A stretch of 64,000 nucleotides of DNA from Candidatus Obscuribacteraceae bacterium (GTDB lineage Bacteria; Cyanobacteriota; Vampirovibrionia; Obscuribacterales; Obscuribacteraceae). This document shows, piece by piece, positions 56,123 through 64,000 of this stretch. The notes below the pieces were generated by a model. The model was not told the DNA's origin. It did not search any database and worked only from the letters and a program-made list of their open reading frames with translations. Location of the stretch: positions 160,001-224,000 of the forward strand of contig JBGAHS010000006.1 of NCBI GenBank assembly GCA_044226015.1. The letters run 5' to 3'. The first letter of the stretch is position 1; every line of letters starts with the position of its first letter. Position numbers and translations under genes: made by a program.

Positions 56123-57628
56123 TTAATGCGTTCCTTGTGCACGAAGTATTGGATAAACTTTCTTGCGCACCATTTCCAATTCGGAAGCGGCAACGACGCT
56201 CTTTCCATACTTATTCGGCGTTTCGAGTGAATCGAGATTCGCGAGATAGCGTTGAATACGATCTTTATCAGCCGCAGCCGATGATTGATCGCTCTTCAGT
56301 TGGCTAATCAGGCTCGAAATGTTCGACATACGAGCAGATGTATCTGCTGGTTGCATCGAGAAGTCCGATACCATCATATCCAGTTGCTCTTCCAACGCCA
56401 TGATTTTCTTAGCTAGTTCAACATCGTTGGTTGCTGTTCTAATTGCATCATCAACTCCAGCGAGAATTGTGGTGACATCAGCTTCAACAATTCGGTGAGA
56501 GAACATAGCCAAATCAAGGCGTCGAACCAGTCTCAGCATCTGCTCACGACCAACTTCCGTGTCGCCATCTTTACGAAGCACACGGCCCAACCAGTCTTGC
56601 ATCATTCTGAGGTCGAGAGACATGAAACGCACTTCTTCTTTGCGCAACTCACGTTCAACGAGGTCAACACCCGGGGTTGGTCCTGGATAAGACTTCTTGA
56701 TCATCTTAACCAGATTCAACTCATGCTGAATACGAACACCATCGCTAGCGCTTAAGTTGCCGTTTCTGGCACCGCTGTCAAGCAAACGTTGAACTTCTGC
56801 AATTGCATTGTCCACATCTTTTTCACTTGGCAGAACGTTGCTGCAACCCTGGTATTGGCAAGCAAGCAATCTCTTGTAGAGCTGCTGCTTAACTTCAGGA
56901 GTTGCAAGACGGCTATGAGCCTTGTCTTTCAACACAGTGAACATTTCCTGACGAACTTGTTGCAAGTGATCAGGCTCAATCTCAAAGCTCTTATAAGTGG
57001 TGAGTCCGCGAGCACAAACCTGATTTCGCGCGATGTAATTATCTGTTCGCAGAATCAATTCATTCAATTTTTCAACTGTGATGTTGTTTTGAACCAGTGC
57101 GCGCTCAAGCTTGTCATTCAAGCTTGACAGGTCAATCGCAAGAACAATGTACTCCCAGAAATCATAGAAATGATCATTGTTGAAGAACTGCTTCTTAATG
57201 CGATAGATGGCCTTCAAGCGCTCTTTATAAGGCTCGGAGGCGGTAGGCATAATCGTTTTATTATTCGAGAGCTGATCGAGGTGTCTCGACCATGTTGTGA
57301 CCAGATGATCGATACTAGGATGCTTTGCTTTAGCAACTTGAGCCTTTGATATCAACTCAGCCCAGGTATCTTCGACATCAGAAAGAGAAGACGCACTATC
57401 TAATTTAGAACCGAGTGTATCAGCATCCTCTTTACTAATTCTTCCGGCAGCTTTCGCGTTGGCAAGGTCTTCATTTGCCTCAGCCTTAACATCATCTACC
57501 GATATCGGGACATAATTTGTACTGCCTGGAGCTGGCGAGTACGCACTAGCACGAACGAACCCAGAGACAGCTATGCTGAGCGCAATTAGTCCAATTACGG
57601 AACCCTTTTGGCGTTTTCCAGCAAACAT
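56123..57628 (-). CDS. Exported helical hypothetical protein
   Basis: AAGGAG RBS; signal peptide; recurring motif like AGRISKEDA / NGNLSASDG. Confidence 0.8.
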   Translation of the reverse strand: MFAGKRQKGSVIGLIALSIAVSGFVRASAYSPAPGSTNYVPISVDDVKAEANEDLANAKAAGRISKEDADTLGSKLDSASSLSDVEDTWAELISKAQVAKAKHPSIDHLVTTWSRHLDQLSNNKTIMPTASEPYKERLKAIYRIKKQFFNNDHFYDFWEYIVLAIDLSSLNDKLERALVQNNITVEKLNELILRTDNYIARNQVCARGLTTYKSFEIEPDHLQQVRQEMFTVLKDKAHSRLATPEVKQQLYKRLLACQYQGCSNVLPSEKDVDNAIAEVQRLLDSGARNGNLSASDGVRIQHELNLVKMIKKSYPGPTPGVDLVERELRKEEVRFMSLDLRMMQDWLGRVLRKDGDTEVGREQMLRLVRRLDLAMFSHRIVEADVTTILAGVDDAIRTATNDVELAKKIMALEEQLDMMVSDFSMQPADTSARMSNISSLISQLKSDQSSAAADKDRIQRYLANLDSLETPNKYGKSVVAASELEMVRKKVYPILRAQGTH

Positions 57629-58002
57629 TAGTTACTCCTTTTGACAATTTGGAAGCAAGAACGGACAATCCCCTTAACAAGCCAAGCCACGCAAGGCATT
57701 TGAAAGTTTCAAGCTAAATCTTGAGCAATATATCAAGGATGGTCTTCAGTGACAATATATTGAATGCTGATATAGCTTGCTTCCTCAGAAAATTTTGCGC
57801 AGTGTTTCAATTTTGGCGGACAGAATCAAGCCCAAGCGAGCGAGCCATAAATGATCCTTTGCCCTATCTACCCAGAAATACACAAAGTAGAAACGCTTCT
57901 ATTGCCATAAAGTGATTGTTTACAACCATTGGAAGCAAAACGACAAATCGTTCAAAATAGAGACAGTGAAAGTTCGACCACTTGTCATTTGAGGATTCCG
58001 TT

Positions 58003-59004
58003 TTGCCTAAGCCGATTCTAGCCCGTATTGCAGGCGTCGCAGCAGCCATACCGCCCAAAATTCTCAGCAATGACGACCTTTCAAAGATGGTCGATACAAA
58101 TGACCAATGGATTGTTGAGAGAACTGGCATCAAGCGCAGACGAATTGTCGAGAAAGGTATCACATCCTCTGACCTGGCGACTGAGGCTGCGGCAAAGGTT
58201 ATCAAAGAGGCTGGACTCAAGCCAACCGATATCGACCTCATACTGGTTTCGACAATCACACCAGATATGCAATTGCCCGCGACCGCTTGTCTGGTTCAAC
58301 ACAGATTAGGCGCAACTGGTGCCTGGGGATATGATATATCAGCCGCTTGCTCGGGTTTCTTGTATGCCATGCAAACAGGAGTGCAATTTGTTGGCAGCGG
58401 TGCTCATAAAAATGTTTTGGTAATCGGAGTTGATGTGATGTCATCCATCATCGATTACACAGATAGAAAGACCTGCATCATATTTGGTGACGGCGGAGGA
58501 GCAATACTTCTTCAGCCTTCCACAGCAGAGTCAGAAGGATGCTACATCGACTTCATTCACGAAGTGGACGGTTCCGGCGGTGAAGCGCTTTGCTTGCCTG
58601 GTGGTGGAAGCAAAAATCCAGCGAGCCATGAAACAGTGGACCAGAAATTGCACTACGTTCATCAGGATGGAGCAGCAGTTTTCAAATTCGCTACAAGAAA
58701 AATGGCAGAACTCTGCGTAAAATTACTTGAGCGCAACGGGCTCACAGGAAACGATATCGACCTGTTTATTCCTCACCAGGCGAATTTACGCATCATTCAA
58801 GCAGCTGTCGAAAGAATGGGCGCACCGATGGAAAAGGTAATCATCAATCTCGATGAGTACGGCAACACAACAGACGGAACGCTTCCACTAGCGCTTTATA
58901 CAGCACTTGAGCAAGGCCGCCTTAAGAAGGGCGACCTGGTATTATTCGCATCTATGGGAGCAGGTTACACTGCTGGTGCCGCATTGATGCGCTGGGGATA
59001 CTAA
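58003..59004 (+). CDS. fabH: Beta-ketoacyl-ACP synthase III
   Basis: WIVERTGI, AACSGF, FGDG, PHQAN and YGNT motifs; TTG 58003 after GAGGA. Confidence 0.96.
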   Translation: MPKPILARIAGVAAAIPPKILSNDDLSKMVDTNDQWIVERTGIKRRRIVEKGITSSDLATEAAAKVIKEAGLKPTDIDLILVSTITPDMQLPATACLVQHRLGATGAWGYDISAACSGFLYAMQTGVQFVGSGAHKNVLVIGVDVMSSIIDYTDRKTCIIFGDGGGAILLQPSTAESEGCYIDFIHEVDGSGGEALCLPGGGSKNPASHETVDQKLHYVHQDGAAVFKFATRKMAELCVKLLERNGLTGNDIDLFIPHQANLRIIQAAVERMGAPMEKVIINLDEYGNTTDGTLPLALYTALEQGRLKKGDLVLFASMGAGYTAGAALMRWGY

Positions 59005-59063
59005 AAAGTTCTGAATCCTTTCTGAATTCAAGCGCCGCTGAAATTTTGTCACCACCGATGGTG

Positions 59064-59987
59064 CTAATCAGTCAATTTAATCCCTTTTAGCATTTCGTCA
59101 ACCATCTTCTTATTAATTGGTGTTGCCATTGCATTTCGCATATGGTCACTGTCCCCAGCGTCGACGAGAGCACCAACTTGACTTTTCGAATTAAAAATCG
59201 CCGAACCAGAATTACCACCTTCTACTCGAGCATCGAGCAGAATAATTTCACGATTAGCATCTTCACCATGAAGCATCTTTAGTTCATTTCCGTCACCATC
59301 TCGATAATTTGAACGTGCAGTAATGCCTTGAACTTCGCCATTCGAGACGTAAAGAGATTTACTATGTGCGGGATAACCCACAGCCGTCAAAGTGTCGTCT
59401 TTCTTCCCGAAATCCTCCACCCTCTCTGAATCCGTGACGGATGCTGGTTTGCAAACGCTGGACGTATCGCCCCCAGTGCTTACCTCTACCAGCGCAAGGT
59501 CATTCTCCAATTTTCGCTTCAGCACTTTTGCATCGTGAAGAACTCCATCCGACATTTTGACTTGAAAGTCGTTGTCAGAATCTGCCACTACATGATTGTC
59601 TGTTAAGATGAGGCAAGAATCTTCAGTCTTAGCTACGGCAAAACCTGAGCCAATCGCGCCTGCAGAAGTCCATTCGCCGGAGCGAGAATAGAAATGTGCA
59701 GCACTCTTTTTGCCAGCCTCATAGTTTGCACGTGTGCTCGAGTTTTCATCAAAATTTTGATAAACGCACCCTGAGGAGAATTTACCTGCCTCAAGAACTG
59801 GGAGTTCATCTGCCCTGGGTTGGCGCTTGCATACGGTACCGAACAATGACGTGGTCTCAGTAACAAGTTCCTTGCGCAAGGCTTCAGATGATTCAGCCTG
59901 TTCTTCTTTCGCGAAAGGAAAAGTCGACACGCGCTCTTGCGCCACATAATTCAATTCCGATTCCATCGGTGCATCCTCTAAGCTCAA
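59064..59987 (-). CDS. Trypsin-like serine protease without a signal peptide
   Basis: GSGF, LTDNHVV, DLAL and GGNSGS triad motifs. Confidence 0.9.
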   Translation of the reverse strand: MSLEDAPMESELNYVAQERVSTFPFAKEEQAESSEALRKELVTETTSLFGTVCKRQPRADELPVLEAGKFSSGCVYQNFDENSSTRANYEAGKKSAAHFYSRSGEWTSAGAIGSGFAVAKTEDSCLILTDNHVVADSDNDFQVKMSDGVLHDAKVLKRKLENDLALVEVSTGGDTSSVCKPASVTDSERVEDFGKKDDTLTAVGYPAHSKSLYVSNGEVQGITARSNYRDGDGNELKMLHGEDANREIILLDARVEGGNSGSAIFNSKSQVGALVDAGDSDHMRNAMATPINKKMVDEMLKGIKLTD

Positions 59988-60133
59988 CCACTCCTTAGAG
60001 TCTTAGAACTGTCAGCCTTTGACCATGTGGAATCCACGCAGTGACTACTACAACAAATTTTGGCCCGAGTCGTCCGTGATGTTTACAAGAATTGGATAAA
60101 GAGCGTCTGGATGACTAAAAAGGCTAAGCAGGT

Positions 60134-60176
60134 CAAAAATAGCGGGGCACCGCAGTATGTGCGATGCCCTATGCTA
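60134..60176 (-). terminator. Terminator-like hairpin after the ABC permease
   Basis: TAGC-GGGGCA-CCGCA...TGCG-ATGCCC-TATGCTA with TTTTT following on the minus strand. Confidence 0.6.
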
Positions 60177-60190
60177 ATGTCAGAGTATTG

Positions 60191-60982
60191 CTATGAACCG
60201 TATTTAGCAAGCAATCCCTTCATTCTCGCTTCTTCAAAGAAGCGATTGAAAACGACGGCAGCAATGGCCATGTAGACCACATTCAATCCAAAGGAAATAA
60301 ACAAGGTTCCTGAGTCGTAAGGTTGATGACTCAGAATTTGCCTCATACCTTCAAATACGTAGCTCGATGGACAGATTTTTGCAAGTATCTGCATGAAAGG
60401 TGGCAACACGCTTACAGGATAGAACACCGCAGAGATAGGTTGAATCAAGAATGGAACTGCCCATGCAAGAGCCTCCGCGGGTGGACCAAAGCGTACTATA
60501 ACACCTGTGGTGATCAGTCCCAGTGCCCATCCCATCAACAATAGGTTCACAAAAAACGCTCCAAAAATAAGTCCTATCTGGAACACGTTGAATGAGTAGA
60601 ACAATGCCGCCGCAACAGACAAAATTACGAGTACAACAATGGCTTGAAGGAAGCCCATCACGTAGGTCGCTGTAATGTATTCGCTCAACCTTACCGGGCC
60701 CGCAAAAATATTGAGCAAATTGCGGTTCCAGACATCATCGAGAAATGACACACTAATTACTTGCTGAGCTCGGTACAGTATGTTCCACATGATCACAGCC
60801 CCGATAAGGAACGTAACCATTGACGGCACGCTGTTTCCTACCTTCAACAAATACATGGTGAGAAAGCCCCACACAAGCAAATCCATCAAAGGCCAGAAGA
60901 ACACATCCATCGCACGAAAAGTATTTCGCGAACAAATGAAAGCGTATTTGATTAAAAGTGCTTTGACAATTCTAAAATTCAT
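60191..60982 (-). CDS. ABC-2 type exporter permease
   Basis: Six TM helices; VFYPVSVLP motif; ATGA overlap with the ATPase gene. Confidence 0.92.
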   Translation of the reverse strand: MNFRIVKALLIKYAFICSRNTFRAMDVFFWPLMDLLVWGFLTMYLLKVGNSVPSMVTFLIGAVIMWNILYRAQQVISVSFLDDVWNRNLLNIFAGPVRLSEYITATYVMGFLQAIVVLVILSVAAALFYSFNVFQIGLIFGAFFVNLLLMGWALGLITTGVIVRFGPPAEALAWAVPFLIQPISAVFYPVSVLPPFMQILAKICPSSYVFEGMRQILSHQPYDSGTLFISFGLNVVYMAIAAVVFNRFFEEARMKGLLAKYGS

Positions 60983-61734
60983 TTTCCCATAGCTCCTTCA
61001 AGGTTCGATGACCTTGCTATCGTTATGAATACTTCTTCGAGGCTTGAGCCACCAAATCGCTCCATTAGCTCTTCTGCACGCCCTTCAGCAATCACATTTC
61101 CGTGATGAACGAAAAGTATTCGTTCACACAACTCAGTGACATCTAACATATTGTGCGAAGTATTGATGACCGTAATCGCTCGTTCTTTTTGTAGCTTCTT
61201 AAGAATTTTCCGTACCTTGTCCGCGAGGTCAGGGTCAAGACTAGCCGTTGGCTCGTCTAGCAAAAGTATCTCGGGGTCGTTCAAAAACGCTTTACAGAGA
61301 TTCAATCGCGTCTGTTCTCCAGCCGACAATGTTCCAGTAATGTGATTTCTCAGATTCACAATCTCAAACAGCTCAAGAAGGTATTCGATCTTTTCTTTTC
61401 TGTTTTTGACTCCGTAAATCTCAGCGAACACGTAGAGGTTTTCCCAGACCTTCAAATTCCAGGGCAAATACACATACGCCGACGCGAAGTTGGCGCGTTG
61501 TAAGATTTCGACCCTATGCTTCTCCAGGTCTTTTCCAAACATTTTGACGTGACCTGATGTGGGCTTAGTCAAACCCAGCATCATGTGTATCGTTGTTGTT
61601 TTACCTGCACCGTTTGGACCTAGCAAACCAAAGATTTCGCCCCGGTTTACGGTAAATGAAATGTCCTTTACTGCCACATTGTCGGCAGCAAATTCTTTGC
61701 GGAGGTTCCGCACTTCAACAATTTGTTCTGACAT
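60979..61734 (-). CDS. ABC transporter ATP-binding protein (DrrA-like)
   Basis: GPNGAGKTT, LSAGE, LLLDEPT and TSH motifs; ATG 61734 after GGAG. Confidence 0.95.
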   Translation of the reverse strand: MSEQIVEVRNLRKEFAADNVAVKDISFTVNRGEIFGLLGPNGAGKTTTIHMMLGLTKPTSGHVKMFGKDLEKHRVEILQRANFASAYVYLPWNLKVWENLYVFAEIYGVKNRKEKIEYLLELFEIVNLRNHITGTLSAGEQTRLNLCKAFLNDPEILLLDEPTASLDPDLADKVRKILKKLQKERAITVINTSHNMLDVTELCERILFVHHGNVIAEGRAEELMERFGGSSLEEVFITIARSSNLEGAMGK

Positions 61735-62009
61735 GATTAAAGTCTCCGGATCACACCAGGCTGAAAAGTCGGTGTTAACTCTCATAAGCGTTGCCCTGTG
61801 GTGCTGCAAATGCCTGCACCGGGCAAAAAGAATTTCCTTCTAACGAGCGGTGGCGCGCGTCAGTGGGTCAACAATGGAATGTTTCTTGGCTTATACATGA
61901 GAGTGCCCCCTCCAGAGGACGAATGACTTCAGTATACCTGAGAAGGGGGAAATTTGATCTACGCTGTCTTTAAATTCAGAAGCGAAAATTTACACAAGCA
62001 ACCGGACTA

Positions 62010-63866
62010 CTAAAATTTCTCAGAAAACAACGAGCGCAAATTGCTTTCGTAATCAGCCGTGGCTGGTCGTCCAGCCGACTGTGCTACGGTCAGGGTGCGT
62101 GTGCCCAGCGGCAACGCGGCAGGAACGTGCACCACTGGTGGTAGCGGGGCTGCCGATGATGTAGCTGCTTCAATCAACAATTGCGCGAGGGCTCTATAAC
62201 CTTCTTCTTCTGTTTCGACTTGCATGTTTTCTCTCTCTCTTTCTACCGCGGTGCAGCCAATCAACTCCGAAGCATCTTTGAGGGCTTCTTTAACAAAGGT
62301 GGAAACTGTATAGATGCGGGGCGCAACTTCCGGATGATACTCCGGCCAAACTGATGGCACCGAGTTGTCGTTTATTTCGCCGCTGCAATCAAAAGTTATC
62401 GGTTCTTTCTCTTCGACTAGCAGCTTCGACTCGTCATCCAAAATAGAGGCGTTCAACAAATGGAACTCATTCATCGATTCCAATGCGATAACGGAAGGAA
62501 CGAACTCTTCGAGTAACAATCCGACTTGATCGGCCGTCAAAGAATTCAAAAACGATAGACTCTCTTCCGAGATTACTTCACTTCTTTCAGAATGAACTGG
62601 TGCGTCCAAGTCAATATAGGTCTCAGCCTGTTCGTTGCCCTGAGCTTCTACTTCCGCCTCTTTCTCCTGGTCATCATGGTGCTCAGGAAGGAGATGAACA
62701 TAATCATCCATGTCAAAATCGTCATCTGAGACAAAGCTGTCGTCGGAATTTGGTTCAAGGGAATCGCCAGATTCATTCAATACTGCACCTTCTGCAATCG
62801 GAACAAAGGACGGAATTATCATCACCGATACTGCAGCACCTTCGTTTCCATGGCTCATTTCTACAGAAGTGATTTGCGCAATCGGAGCAGCTGGAGCCAC
62901 TGGTTCAAGCGCTTCAACTGATTCGACCTTTGCAGCTCTAGATTTCCTGGTGGAACGTTTTGTACAAATGAATTGCTCGTCTGAAATATCCAATACATCT
63001 TTCGAAACAGGTACACCTGCATAGGACGGCTGCCATTCCAGCGCTTCCGTTTCAACTGCCGGAGCCAGTTCGCGGGCATATGCACGACAGCGTGAAATTG
63101 ATACTGTTTCTTCTTTACCACGAATGAAGAAGAATAAGGACAAGCCACCAATGATGCTTGCGACGCCTACAGCTACAGCTATCAAGCCTCCGTTATCTAA
63201 ATCAGCAGAACTTGTAACAGCAGGAGTCATTGCTGCGACTGAAGCATCAGTGACAGCAGGCGCAATGTCGGTGTTTGGAGAATGCATTACAGCTTTGCTT
63301 GCCGTCTTTGGCTTAGCTAAAAGCGATGGAGTAACGGCGACTTTCGGCGCAGCTGCTCTGGGTTTTATCACAGCCGCAATATTGGACACTGGCAGCCGTG
63401 ATTCAGAGTTTGCACTTTTTGCATGTGTCAAGCTAGCCAGGCGGTGAGATTTGCTGACTGGTTCTTCGCTAGCTGCAGCCGTCTCGTCAGAGCGAAACGA
63501 CGGCGCTGGACCTGGCTCATCAGCTTTTGCAGCATAATCTGGCGCAACCGATGGCATGCCACCTTTTGGAGCCGGTGTGAACTCAACAGAAACTGGCGCG
63601 GCCATTACCGCACCTTCGACTTTGTCGAGTCCAAGTTTCTTGCAAATTGTTCTCAATCTATATGAGTCAGAACCATCTAGCTTGTAGCCGACCACTGAAT
63701 TTTCTAGAACCTCAAGGCGCTGGTCTAGAGACTGGTCGTAGTTTGCCTTGCCGAAAACTTTTTCTTCGGCTTTGACCATCAAGACGATTTCGTCGTAAGA
63801 ATAGGCGAGTGCTGCAACAGGCGAAAGAAAAGCAAGCAAAAGCGTAGCTAGAATAACCCGTTTCAT
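62010..63866 (-). CDS. Single-pass membrane protein: exported N-domain, Pro/Ala linker, TM, long acidic tail
   Basis: Signal peptide MKRVILATLLLAFLSPVAALA; EEKVFG...RLEVLE domain; TM GLIAVAVGVASIIGGLSLFFFI. Confidence 0.8.
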   Translation of the reverse strand: MKRVILATLLLAFLSPVAALAYSYDEIVLMVKAEEKVFGKANYDQSLDQRLEVLENSVVGYKLDGSDSYRLRTICKKLGLDKVEGAVMAAPVSVEFTPAPKGGMPSVAPDYAAKADEPGPAPSFRSDETAAASEEPVSKSHRLASLTHAKSANSESRLPVSNIAAVIKPRAAAPKVAVTPSLLAKPKTASKAVMHSPNTDIAPAVTDASVAAMTPAVTSSADLDNGGLIAVAVGVASIIGGLSLFFFIRGKEETVSISRCRAYARELAPAVETEALEWQPSYAGVPVSKDVLDISDEQFICTKRSTRKSRAAKVESVEALEPVAPAAPIAQITSVEMSHGNEGAAVSVMIIPSFVPIAEGAVLNESGDSLEPNSDDSFVSDDDFDMDDYVHLLPEHHDDQEKEAEVEAQGNEQAETYIDLDAPVHSERSEVISEESLSFLNSLTADQVGLLLEEFVPSVIALESMNEFHLLNASILDDESKLLVEEKEPITFDCSGEINDNSVPSVWPEYHPEVAPRIYTVSTFVKEALKDASELIGCTAVERERENMQVETEEEGYRALAQLLIEAATSSAAPLPPVVHVPAALPLGTRTLTVAQSAGRPATADYESNLRSLFSEKF

Positions 63867-64000
63867 ATTAGTAAGAATCCCCATTAGCTGGTGGTTAAAC
63901 CACCGCAAAGACCAGCCTTCCCCGATTAGCCTTTGCTACCCAACCACGAAAAATGTGGTACATGCCAAAGATACGAAATCGTCAAGAGGAAAACAATACG

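Noticed and set aside
1..64000. Mobile elements, prophage, rRNA/tRNA, known defence systems
   Set aside because: No transposase, integrase, phage structural, reverse transcriptase, nuclease or cloverleaf signature was recognised by eye; not confirmed computationally

Overview
Gene-dense bacterial chromosomal segment. No rRNA, tRNA, CRISPR array, transposase or phage gene was recognised. The content points, by inference, to a non-photosynthetic relative of cyanobacteria (Vampirovibrionia/Melainabacteria, Obscuribacterales-like). The supporting signs are a cyanobacterial MgdA-like GT2 next to an MFS gene, a cyanobacterial RbrA-type rubrerythrin, fabZ-lpxA, five Hanks-type kinases and many lineage-type hypothetical proteins. 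Housekeeping genes include lpxA, fabZ, fabH, folE, perR-rbr, two PilT ATPases, an ABC-2 exporter, Nudix, GT4 and an OafA-like acyltransferase. The most interesting observations are: (1) an operon of four paralogous small exported glycine-zipper proteins (5836-7656); (2) a promoter-led, strand-specific, G-U-rich multi-hairpin noncoding region of about 320 nt (43950-44276) that matches no RNA family I recognise; (3) a dispersed set of signal-peptide-less, effector-like proteins (two EF-hand calpains, an ATLF-like protein with HQxxH, a trypsin, a lysozyme-like protein, and Gly-rich-N-terminus fusions to a TIKI/ChaN domain or a 5'-nucleotidase), most of which carry a loose N-terminal motif; (4) a Y/N/Q prion-like repeat protein; (5) a frameshifted tandem gene copy and several candidate regulatory elements. 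All family calls come from motifs read by eye; no database search was run.
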